Assembly: GCA_965116025.1 (NCBI GenBank)
Contig: OZ220480.1
Coordinates: 640,001-704,000, forward strand
DNA length: 64,000 bases
Direction of reading: 5' to 3'
Source: an uncultured candidatus Porisulfidus sp.
GTDB taxonomy: Bacteria > Pseudomonadota > Gammaproteobacteria > Poriferisulfidales > Poriferisulfidaceae
Both the position numbers and the translations under genes were made by a program. Numbering within the stretch: the first letter of the stretch is position 1; each line of letters begins with the position of its first letter. Under the pieces are notes generated by a model. That model was not told the DNA's origin and searched no databases. It saw nothing but the letters and a program-made list of their open reading frames with translations. Positions 41,503 to 49,955 of the stretch are shown here, in pieces.

Positions 41503-42834
41503 ATGAGCGCGGGCGACACCATCGTCGCTTTAGCCACCCCGCCCGGGCGCGGCGCGCTCGCCCTGATCCGCGCGAGCGGCCCCCTGGTTCCAGACTTGGC
41601 TCGCCAGCTCGGCGGCGCGCTTCCGCCGCCTCGCGTCGCCCGCCTCCAAACCCTGCGCGACGATCAGGGTCGCGCTCTGGACCAGGGCATGCTGACGTTC
41701 TACCCCGCTCCCGCGTCGGCAACCGGCGAGGATGTACTGGAAATCTGTTGCCACGGCTCGCCGGCGGTGATCGAGGCCCTGCTATCCCGCCTGCGCTCGC
41801 TCGGCGCGCGAGCGGCCGAGCCGGGCGAGTTCAGCCGCCGAGCCTTCGAGGCTGGCAAAATGGATCTGGCCCAAGCCCAAGCGGTCGCCGACCTCATCGC
41901 CGCCGCCACGACGCGCGCGGCCCGATGCGCCGCGAGAACGCTAAAAGGCGACATCTCTCGCGAACTATCTTCTATCATTCGACAATTAGTGGCAATTAGA
42001 GCGTACGTCGAGGGAGCGCTGGATTTTCCGGACGAGGATGTCGACTGGCTGGCGGAATCCGATTTCGGGGATCAATCGCGGAAGCTCGCGGACCAGGTCG
42101 AGCGGCTGATTCGCCGGGCCCAGCAGGGAAGAAGGGTAGGGGCGGGAATCCGTCTGGCGTTGCTCGGACCGCCCAACGTCGGCAAATCCAGCCTGCTGAA
42201 CCACTTCGCGGGAACCGACGCGGCGATCGTGACGGCGCGGCCCGGCACGACCCGGGACGTGCTGACCGCGCCGTTCCAGATCGACGGCGTCCCGCTGATT
42301 CTGGCCGACACCGCGGGAATTCGGCCCACGGTGGACGAGGCCGAGACGGAAGGCGTCCGCCGTAGCTGGCGCGAGGCCGAGGAGGCCGACCTGATCCTGC
42401 AAGTGTTCGACGCGGGCGCCGGCTGGAGCGAGGCGGACGAGGAAATCCGGCGCCGCCTTCCCGAGCGCCCGGCCCTGACGCTGGCGAACAAGCGCGACCT
42501 GCTGCCTGACGGCGCCGCGACGCCCGGACCGGAAGGCGCCATTCTCCTGTCCGCGAAGTTTGGAGACGGAATCGACGCGCTCAAGGAGCGGATCGTCGAG
42601 TCGCTGGAGCTCGAGCGCGCGCTGGAGGAGGATGAGTTCGCGGCGAGCCAGCGGCAGATCGACGCCCTGCTTCAGGCTAGCCAGGCGCTGGGACGGGCCG
42701 CGCGGGTCCCGGGCGGAGAGCTGATGGCGGAGGAGCTGCGGGCCGCGCAGGAGGCCCTCGGCTCCCTGACCGGCGAATTCGCCGCCGACGACCTGCTCGG
42801 GGAGATATTCGGACAGTTCTGCATCGGGAAGTGA
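41503..42834 (+). CDS. mnmE: tRNA modification GTPase
   Basis: 'DTIVALATPPG', 'GPPNVGKSSLLN', 'GTTRD', 'DTAG' and C-terminal 'FCIGK'. Confidence 0.97.
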   Translation: MSAGDTIVALATPPGRGALALIRASGPLVPDLARQLGGALPPPRVARLQTLRDDQGRALDQGMLTFYPAPASATGEDVLEICCHGSPAVIEALLSRLRSLGARAAEPGEFSRRAFEAGKMDLAQAQAVADLIAAATTRAARCAARTLKGDISRELSSIIRQLVAIRAYVEGALDFPDEDVDWLAESDFGDQSRKLADQVERLIRRAQQGRRVGAGIRLALLGPPNVGKSSLLNHFAGTDAAIVTARPGTTRDVLTAPFQIDGVPLILADTAGIRPTVDEAETEGVRRSWREAEEADLILQVFDAGAGWSEADEEIRRRLPERPALTLANKRDLLPDGAATPGPEGAILLSAKFGDGIDALKERIVESLELERALEEDEFAASQRQIDALLQASQALGRAARVPGGELMAEELRAAQEALGSLTGEFAADDLLGEIFGQFCIGK

Positions 42835-42919
42835 CGGGATGTCCTGTCATAAACCGGTAACGCCCCACCCCCATACTCGCCCAGCCCCGCGCCCACGGGC
42901 CCAGCGAATATCCCGCGTT

Positions 42920-43591
42920 ATGCGACCGACCCTGTCCCGACGCCTCGCCGCGGAGTTCCTCGGAACCTTCTTCCTGCTCGCCACCGTGGTGGGCTCCGGC
43001 ATCATGGGCGAGACCCTAGCCGAAGGGGCCGCCGCCCTCGCGCTGCTCGGCAACACGCTCGCGACCGGCGCCATCCTCGCCGTGCTGATACTGATCTACG
43101 GCCCGGTCTCGGGCGCGCACTTCAACCCGGCGGTGACGCTGGGGTTTCTGCTGCGGCGGGAGATCGCCCCCGGAGCGTCCCTCGCGTACGTGGCGACGCA
43201 GCTGGCGGGAGCGCTGTGCGGGGTTTTGGTCGCGCACCTCATGTTCGGCGAGCCGGCGTTCGCGGCCTCGCTCACCGCGCGGACGGGAGCCGGGGTCTGG
43301 GTCGGGGAGCTGGTCGCGACGTTCGGGCTGCTGGCAACCATACTGGGCTGCCTGCGCCACCGCCCGTCCGCGGTTCCGTACGCGGTCGGGCTGTTCATCT
43401 CGGCCGGCTACTGGTTCACCTCATCGACCTCGTTCGCGAATCCGGCCGTGACGGTCGCCCGCGCCCTGACCGACACGTTCTCCGGGATCCGCCCCGAGGA
43501 CGCGCCGATGTTCATTCTCATGCAGTTTCTGGGAGCGACCCTCGCGACCGTGGCGATGGGCTGGCTGCTTCGCGACCCCGCCAAGAGGTAG
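42920..43591 (+). CDS. MIP/aquaporin family protein (AqpS-like, arsenic-associated subtype)
   Basis: 'AEFLGT', 'VVGSGIM', 'SGAHFNPAVT' and 'YWFTSSTSFANPAVT'. Confidence 0.9.
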   Translation: MRPTLSRRLAAEFLGTFFLLATVVGSGIMGETLAEGAAALALLGNTLATGAILAVLILIYGPVSGAHFNPAVTLGFLLRREIAPGASLAYVATQLAGALCGVLVAHLMFGEPAFAASLTARTGAGVWVGELVATFGLLATILGCLRHRPSAVPYAVGLFISAGYWFTSSTSFANPAVTVARALTDTFSGIRPEDAPMFILMQFLGATLATVAMGWLLRDPAKR

Positions 43592-43978
43592 CGCGCGCAG
43601 TCCCCGGGAGCGCGACAGCTTGTCCGCCTTGCTCAGCAGAACATGCGCCGGCAGGCCGGCGGCGCCGCACCACTCCAGCAACCGCCGATCGCCGTCCCGC
43701 AAGGGGTGGCGGACATCCATCACCAGCATCAGGCGGACCAGGCCGCGCCGACCCCGGAGATAGCCCTCCACCATGCGGCGCCAGCTGGCGCGCTCGGCCT
43801 TGGAGGCGCGCGCGAAGCCGTAGCCCGGCAGGTCCACCAGGCGGCGCGCGTCGTCCACGGCGAAAAAGTGCAGCAGGCGCGTCCGGCCCGGCGAACGCGA
43901 CCTCCACCCCCCGGTCCGGCGGGCAGTCCTCCACCCGGGGTGGTCAGAGAGATACACGGTCTGGCGCAAGTCCAACAT
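43589..43978 (-). pseudogene. engB: EngB/YihA GTPase pseudogene (P-loop deleted, frameshifted, C-terminus lost)
   Basis: 'PPDRGVEVAFAG' in one frame abuts 'PGRTRLLHFF...LVDLPGYGFA...DVRHPL...LLSKADKL' in another. The G1 segment 'RSNxGKSS' is missing. Confidence 0.85.
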
Positions 43979-44144
43979 CGATCCAGAGTCCCGCCTGGCG
44001 CCGGCCTTCCAAAAGCGGGCGGACGGCGAGGGTTTCGCGTCGGGAGGGGATTGTACCGCCTGGATGATCGCGCGATCAGAGAAAAACTCTCGCTACCCTA
44101 GAGAAATCGGAATGGTATCATTGCCGAAGGGCGAGAGAAGGCCG

Positions 44145-44621
44145 ATGATCCACCTCAAAACCGGCGACCTTCTCGCCGAGGACGCCGAAGCCTTGGTCAA
44201 CGCGGTCAACTGCGCTGGCGTGATGGGGCGCGGGATCGCGCTTCAGTTCAAGAAAGCGTTTCCTGGCAACTTCCGCGCGTACGTCGAGGCTTGCGCGCGC
44301 GGCGAGGCCCGGCCCGGACGCATGCTCGTCTTCGAGACGCATTCGCTCGCCAACCCCCGCTTCATCATCAACTTCCCGACCAAGCGACACTGGCGCGACC
44401 GTAGCCGAATCCAAGATATCGATGCCGGCCTGATCGACCTCGCCAAAGTGATTCGCGAGCGCCAAATCCGCTCGATCGCGATCCCTCCGCTCGGCTGTGG
44501 ACTCGGCGGACTGGAGTGGAGCGACGCGCGACCGCGAATCGAGCGTGCGCTGCGCGGCCTGAGTTTTCTGGACTCGACCTTGTTCGAGCCCCAAGGCGAG
44601 CCATGCGCCGGGAAGGGGTGA
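44145..44621 (+). CDS. Macro-domain protein (DarG N-terminal-like ADP-ribose hydrolase)
   Basis: 'GDLLAEDAEALVNAVNCAGVMGRGIALQFK', 'IINFPTKRHW' and 'SIAIPPLGCGLGGL.W'. Confidence 0.9.
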   Translation: MIHLKTGDLLAEDAEALVNAVNCAGVMGRGIALQFKKAFPGNFRAYVEACARGEARPGRMLVFETHSLANPRFIINFPTKRHWRDRSRIQDIDAGLIDLAKVIRERQIRSIAIPPLGCGLGGLEWSDARPRIERALRGLSFLDSTLFEPQGEPCAGKG

Positions 44622-45059
44622 GAGATGGCAGACTGGGCGGCGCGAGACGCGGTGGAGCGTCACCTCCGCGAGATTGGAGGAGTCTGAGCCTTCACGGAAA
44701 CTCGGGTTCCGGTACGCGCGCGCTTCCAGCAATCTCGAGAACGGCGTCCGCGGGGAGGGGTTCCTGGAGTGGATCCCGGGGTCAAGCCGTGGCGAGCGTC
44801 CGCCGCGCTCGAGCGCGAAGCGAGTCCCTCCAGGTGCCCGCTCGATCATGAAAACCCTTACGGTCTCGGGCTCCGTCGCCCTTTCACGGGCAAACCCCTG
44901 GAGTCGCGAACGCGAGTTGATCGACAACGAGGGATTCATCCGAAGAGCCGAAGGTGATGGGCGACGTTCCGCGGCAATCGATCCGTTTTTCGAAACCGCG
45001 ACCCGCGGGCGGTTTGCTACAATGGTGCTCCTGTACGGAACGCTCTTCCCGCGCGCTCA

Positions 45060-45689
45060 ATGATTCGACTCTGGCTCTGGGCCACGCTCGCGCCCGGCAT
45101 CGTCTTCCTGACGTCCCCGGCCTTCGCGGCGGGAGACCCGGTCGCGGGACAGGCGCGCGCGGCGACGTGCGCGGCATGCCATGGAATCGACGGCAACAGC
45201 GTCAACCCGGAGTGGCCGAGTCTGGCGGGTCAAGGCGCCGCGTACATGGTGTCCCAGCTCAAGCGCTTCCAGTCCGGCGAGCGCGAGAACGTCCTGATGT
45301 CGCCGCAGGCCATGCTTCTGTCGGAGCGAGACATCCTGGACGTATCGGCCTATTACGCGACGCGAGCGCCCAAAGTCGGCGTGGCCCGCGCCGATCAGAA
45401 AACCCTTAATTTAGGCAAGCTGATCTACCGCGGCGGAATTCTCGAGCGCGGCATCCCCTCCTGCGGCTCTTGCCATGGCCCCGCCGGGGCGGGCAACGAG
45501 CCCGCCGAGTTTCCGCGGGTGGCTGGCCAGCAGGCGGCCTACGTCGCGCTGCAGCTAAAGTCGTTCCGCGAGGGCTTCGAGGCGCACAAGGCGCACACTC
45601 GGCAGAACCCCATGATGAACGAGGTCGCGGCCAAGATGACCGACAGAGAGATTGAGGCCGTCGCGCACTACATTTCCGGTCTGTACTGA
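45060..45689 (+). CDS. Diheme cytochrome c4
   Basis: Signal peptide; two heme motifs, CAACH and CGSCH; 'P.LAGQ..AY..QL'. Confidence 0.93.
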   Translation: MIRLWLWATLAPGIVFLTSPAFAAGDPVAGQARAATCAACHGIDGNSVNPEWPSLAGQGAAYMVSQLKRFQSGERENVLMSPQAMLLSERDILDVSAYYATRAPKVGVARADQKTLNLGKLIYRGGILERGIPSCGSCHGPAGAGNEPAEFPRVAGQQAAYVALQLKSFREGFEAHKAHTRQNPMMNEVAAKMTDREIEAVAHYISGLY

Positions 45690-46321
45690 TGGCGTTCTCG
45701 CGTCTCGTCGCGTTCGGCCTGACGGCGCTCCTGGCATCCGGGGCCGCGGCCGAAGCTTCCGATACCCGCCAATACGAGGAGGGCCGGCACTACGCCGTGA
45801 TGCGGGGCGTCCCGCCCGCGGCGGCGCCAGAAGGGAAAACCGAGCTGATCGAGTTCTTCTGGTACGGTTGCCCGCACTGCCACAAGCTGGAGCCGTTGCT
45901 TCGCGAGTGGCTTGAGGAGCGGACCGAGACCGTCCACCTGCGGCTGGTCCCGGCCGTGTTCAGCGCGCGCTGGGTGGTCGGCGCCCGCGTCTACTACGCC
46001 TTGGAGGCGATGGGACGGCTGGACCTGCACCCGCGCGTGTTCGAGTTCGTGCACGAGCAGGGCCGCCCGCTCAAGACCGGCGAGGGAATCGGGCGCATGC
46101 TAGCGGTCTTCGACATTGATCCAGCGGTCTTCGCGGAGACGTTTCGCTCGCAGGCCGTGACCGACCGGCTGGAAGAGGCCCGCGCGTTGCCGAAGGAGTA
46201 CGGAATCGACGGCGTTCCGGCCTTGGCGGTGGACGGGCGCTATCGGGTCACGACCAAGAACGCGACCAATTACCAGATGCTTCTGGACATCGCGGATTTC
46301 CTGATTCGCGAGAAGCCCTGA
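45689..46321 (+). CDS. dsbA: Thiol:disulfide interchange protein DsbA
   Basis: Signal peptide; 'EFFWYGCPHC' and 'GVPA'. Confidence 0.93.
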   Translation: MAFSRLVAFGLTALLASGAAAEASDTRQYEEGRHYAVMRGVPPAAAPEGKTELIEFFWYGCPHCHKLEPLLREWLEERTETVHLRLVPAVFSARWVVGARVYYALEAMGRLDLHPRVFEFVHEQGRPLKTGEGIGRMLAVFDIDPAVFAETFRSQAVTDRLEEARALPKEYGIDGVPALAVDGRYRVTTKNATNYQMLLDIADFLIREKP

Positions 46322-46399
46322 TCCCGCGGCGCGCGGTCGCCGATAGCGCGAGACGCGGCGTTTTCGTCCGCACGGCTCGGGGAATTCGGGGATTCGTAA

Positions 46400-46482
46400 A
46401 GAAAAAGGTGGCTCCGGCGCAAACAGAGGGGGTTGCTGCCGGAGCCGAACCGCGCCCGGCAGGGGATCCCGGTCGCGGATAT
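46400..46482 (-). ncRNA. Putative small RNA downstream of polA (positional analogue of Spot 42/ErsA/sX13)
   Basis: Two hairpins with C-rich loops on the minus strand (about 46450-46478, and stem 46410-46418/46438-46446), a terminal U-rich tail, and an upstream sigmaE-type promoter. Confidence 0.6.
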
Positions 46483-46488
46483 GACTGA

Positions 46489-46515
46489 TGGGACTTCTCG
46501 AACGCCGAAAAGTTC
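46489..46515 (-). promoter_or_regulatory. RpoE/AlgU-type promoter candidate
   Basis: Minus strand reads GAACTT-N16-TCCCA. Confidence 0.55.
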
Positions 46516-46621
46516 CCTCCTCGCCCGCCTATTCTAACGCATTTCAATTTCGGGAGGGCGGCGGCCTCGCGGGCCTCCCGCCCCGCGCGGCATCCCGACC
46601 CCATCGCCTCTCCCGGAGCGG

Positions 46622-49339
46622 TCAGTGCGCCCGCTCCCAGTTCTCCCCCTGGCGGGCATCGACCACCAGCGGCACGTCCAATCCCTCCACGCCCTCCATC
46701 CGGTCCCGGACGCCGGCGATGATCTCCTCCGCCTTCTCCCGCGGAGCCTCCAGCACCAGCTCGTCGTGCACCTGCATGATGAGCGCGCAGTCCGGGTGCA
46801 GGTCTCTCAGCCAGCGGTGGATCTCGATCATGGCGAGCTTGATGATGTCGGCGGCGGTCCCCTGCATGGGCGCGTTGATGGCGGCCCGCTCCGCGGCCTG
46901 GCGCTGGTTGTAGTTTCTCGAGCGGATCCCCTCGGCGTACAGCCGCCGTCCGAACACCGTCTCCACGAAGCCCCGCTCGCGGGCCTGCGCGCGCATCCGG
47001 TCCATGTAGTCGCGGACCTTCGGGTAGCGGGAGAAGTAGGCCTCCACGTACGTCTCCGCCTGGTCCCTGCCGATCCGCAGTTGCCGGGCGAGGCCGAACC
47101 CGCTCATGCCGTACATCAGACCGAAGTTGATGGCCTTCGCGGTGCGCCGTTGCTCCTTCGTGACCTCGTCGGCGGCGACCCCGAAGACCTCCCCCGCGGT
47201 CGCCCGATGCACGTCGGCCCCCTCCTCGAACGCCCGGCGCAGCGCGGGGTCTCCGGAAATGTGCGCCATGATCCGAAGCTCGATCTGCGAGTAGTCGGCC
47301 GCGACCAGCGCGCAGCCCGGCCGCGGCACGAAGGCCTGGCGGACGCGCCGGCCCTGCTCGGTGCGGATCGGGATGTTCTGCAGGTTGGGATCCGACGAGG
47401 ACAGCCGCCCCGTGGCCGTCACCGCCTGATGGAACGAGGCATGCAGGCGTCCGGTCTCCGGGTCGAGCATCTCCGGCAGCTTGCCGACGTAGGTGGAGAG
47501 CAGCTTGGTCGTCTGCCGATAGCTCAGGATCATGCGCGGCAACACGTCCCGCTCGGCCAGCTCCTCCAGGACGTCCTCGGCGGTGGACGGCGCGCCCTTG
47601 GGGGTCTTGCGCGTGGGCTCCAGCCCACGCTCCTCGAACAGCGCCCTTTGCAGGTCCGGGAGGGAGTTCAGGTTGAGCTCCCGCCCGCATTCGCGGGCGA
47701 TCTCGCGCCTCAGCCGCTCCAGCTCCTCGCGCAGCTCCTCCGATTGCCTTCGCAAGGCGTCCGCGTCGATCGCCACCCCGACGCGCTCCATGTCGGCCAG
47801 CACCTCCGACAAGGGCATCTCCATCTCCTCGTAGAGCTTTCGGAGCGCCGGAGCCTCCCGCAGCCTGGGCCACAGACAGCGGTGCAGGCGCAGGGTCATG
47901 TCCGCGTCCTCGGCGGCGTAGGGGCCCGCCCGCTCGATCGGCACCTGATCGAAGCGGAGCTGCTTCTTGCCGGTCCCGGCGACGTCCTTGTAGCGAATGG
48001 TCTCCTCGTCCAGATAGACCCGGGACAGGTCGTCCAAGTTGTGCCGACTGGCCGTGGGGTGAAGCGCGTACGATTCCAGCATGCTGTCGTGGAACGGCCC
48101 GGCGACCTCGATTCCGTGGCGGCGCAGGATCGTCAGATCGTATTGAAGGTGGTGCCCGATCTTGACCAGGCTCGGGTCCGCGAGCACGGGCCGCAGCCGC
48201 TCTCGCGCCTGTTCCCAAGGGAGCTGCCGCGGGTCGCCGGCGACGCCGACGTGGGCGACCGGGACGTACGCCGCGCGTCCCGGAGCCGTGGCGAGGGAAA
48301 TCCCGACCAGCCCGGCGCGGTTGGGGTCCAGGCCGGTGGTCTCGGTGTCCAGCGCGAAGGCCCCGGCCCGCCGCGCGCGCGCCAGCCATCGGTCCAGCTC
48401 CTCCAGACTCAGCGCCGTGGCGTAGTCCCGCCCGCCCGCCGCCCGGGACGACGGACCCGGGGCGGCGTCGGGCGCGCCGTTCGCTCGCAACTCGCGCAAG
48501 AACACGCGAAGATTGTATTCCTCGTACAGCGTCTCGAGGCGCGCGCGGTCCAGCTCGCCGCGCCGCAGCTCGCGCGGCGACCGATCCAGCGCGACGTCCA
48601 GCCGGATGGTGACCAGCTCCCGGTACAGCGGAAGGCGGTCCAGGCTCGCGCGCAGGTTCTCTCCCGCCTTGCCCTTGATCTCGCCGCGCCTCTCGGCGAG
48701 CCTCTCCAGCGAGCCGTACTGGCCCAGCCAGCGCGCGGCGGTCTTGTATCCGACCTTCGGCACGCCCGGGATGTTGTCCGACGAGTCTCCGGCCAAGGCC
48801 AGGAAGTCGATAATCTGGTCCGGGCGCACCCCGAACTTCCGCGTCACCTCCGCGGCGCCCATGGCCGGGCGATCGATATCCAGCAGGGTCACGCGCTCCG
48901 TCACCAGCTGCGCCATGTCCTTGTCGCCAGACAGGATGATCACCTCCAGCCCCTCGGCCTCGCCCTGGCGGGCCAGCGTGCCGATGACGTCGTCGGCCTC
49001 GACCTCCGGCACGGCCAGCAGCGGCAGGCCCAAAGCCTCGATGATCTGGCGCAAGGGCTCGACCTGCGCCCGGAGCGCCGGATCCATCGGCTTTCGGTTC
49101 GCCTTGTACTCCGGGAACATGTCATGGCGGAAGGTCTTCCCCGGCGCGTCCATGACGACCGCCACGTACTCCGGGTCGGTCAGTCGCAATTGCTTCCTCA
49201 GGGTGTTCACGACCCCGAACATCGCGCCGGTCGGGCGCCCCTGATGGTCCGTCAGGCTGGTATGCACATGATGGGCGCGGTGCAGGTAGGCGGAGCCGTC
49301 GACCAGCAGGAGGGTGGGTCGGGAGGGGGAATCGGGCAT
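46622..49339 (-). CDS. polA: DNA polymerase I
   Basis: 'LVDGSAYLHRA', 3'-5' exonuclease 'DTETTGL', 'ADYSQIELR', 'AKAINFGLMYG' and 'QVHDEL'. Confidence 0.98.
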   Translation of the reverse strand: MPDSPSRPTLLLVDGSAYLHRAHHVHTSLTDHQGRPTGAMFGVVNTLRKQLRLTDPEYVAVVMDAPGKTFRHDMFPEYKANRKPMDPALRAQVEPLRQIIEALGLPLLAVPEVEADDVIGTLARQGEAEGLEVIILSGDKDMAQLVTERVTLLDIDRPAMGAAEVTRKFGVRPDQIIDFLALAGDSSDNIPGVPKVGYKTAARWLGQYGSLERLAERRGEIKGKAGENLRASLDRLPLYRELVTIRLDVALDRSPRELRRGELDRARLETLYEEYNLRVFLRELRANGAPDAAPGPSSRAAGGRDYATALSLEELDRWLARARRAGAFALDTETTGLDPNRAGLVGISLATAPGRAAYVPVAHVGVAGDPRQLPWEQARERLRPVLADPSLVKIGHHLQYDLTILRRHGIEVAGPFHDSMLESYALHPTASRHNLDDLSRVYLDEETIRYKDVAGTGKKQLRFDQVPIERAGPYAAEDADMTLRLHRCLWPRLREAPALRKLYEEMEMPLSEVLADMERVGVAIDADALRRQSEELREELERLRREIARECGRELNLNSLPDLQRALFEERGLEPTRKTPKGAPSTAEDVLEELAERDVLPRMILSYRQTTKLLSTYVGKLPEMLDPETGRLHASFHQAVTATGRLSSSDPNLQNIPIRTEQGRRVRQAFVPRPGCALVAADYSQIELRIMAHISGDPALRRAFEEGADVHRATAGEVFGVAADEVTKEQRRTAKAINFGLMYGMSGFGLARQLRIGRDQAETYVEAYFSRYPKVRDYMDRMRAQARERGFVETVFGRRLYAEGIRSRNYNQRQAAERAAINAPMQGTAADIIKLAMIEIHRWLRDLHPDCALIMQVHDELVLEAPREKAEEIIAGVRDRMEGVEGLDVPLVVDARQGENWERAH

Positions 49340-49467
49340 GTCGCGGGGGGCTGGAAGGGGTATTATAGGGAGAGCCTTCGCGCGCCGGGTCCGGCCCGGG
49401 CGTTCCACGCGCGCCGCCCCGCCGAAGACTGGATTCCGACCGCCGCGCTCTCGCTGACGCCCGCCCC

Positions 49468-49884
49468 ATGGCCGCCGCCCCCTCCTTGCGCGATATCGAG
49501 ATTCTGGCCCATCGGGCGTTCGCCGAGATCCCGGACGAGCTGGCGCGCCACGCCGCCGCCGTCGCCATCCACGCGCGCGACCTCCCCGACGAGGAGACTT
49601 GCCGAGAGATGAACCTCGACAGCCCGCTCGACCTGCTCGGTCTGTACCACGGCGTGAGTCTGGACCAAAAGTCGGTGGAGGATCTGCCGCTGGACCTGGA
49701 CCACGTCTACTTGTACCGGTGCCCGATTCTGGAGTACTGGAAGGAGGAGGGCGGCGATCTGGCGGACATCGTCCGCGAGATCCTGCTGCATGAGATTGGC
49801 CACCATTTCGGCTTCTCGGACGCGGACATGGACCGCATCTGCGCGCGGGCCCGCCAGGAAGCGAGAGGCGAGACGGGGGGCTGA
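49468..49884 (+). CDS. Zincin-like minimal metallopeptidase (DUF1025-type)
   Basis: 'DLLGLYHG', 'YLYRCPIL' and 'LHEIGHHFG.SD'. Confidence 0.88.
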   Translation: MAAAPSLRDIEILAHRAFAEIPDELARHAAAVAIHARDLPDEETCREMNLDSPLDLLGLYHGVSLDQKSVEDLPLDLDHVYLYRCPILEYWKEEGGDLADIVREILLHEIGHHFGFSDADMDRICARARQEARGETGG

Positions 49885-49955
49885 CCCGCCCGGGCCGGTC
49901 GCGCCCGCGCGCCGCGAGCTCCCTCGCTCTCGCGGCATGGATCGCCGCGGCCTCC

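Noticed and set aside
44770-44795. REP-like fragment 'tggatcccggggtcaagccg'
   Set aside because: Degenerate and seen only once in the window, so a repeat family cannot be supported.
46625-49612. 995-aa plus-strand ORF, and many other long overlapping or antisense ORFs across the atp, nuo and RND genes
   Set aside because: Shadow ORFs typical of high-GC coding DNA; low-complexity translations with no recognisable motifs, lying over well-supported genes.
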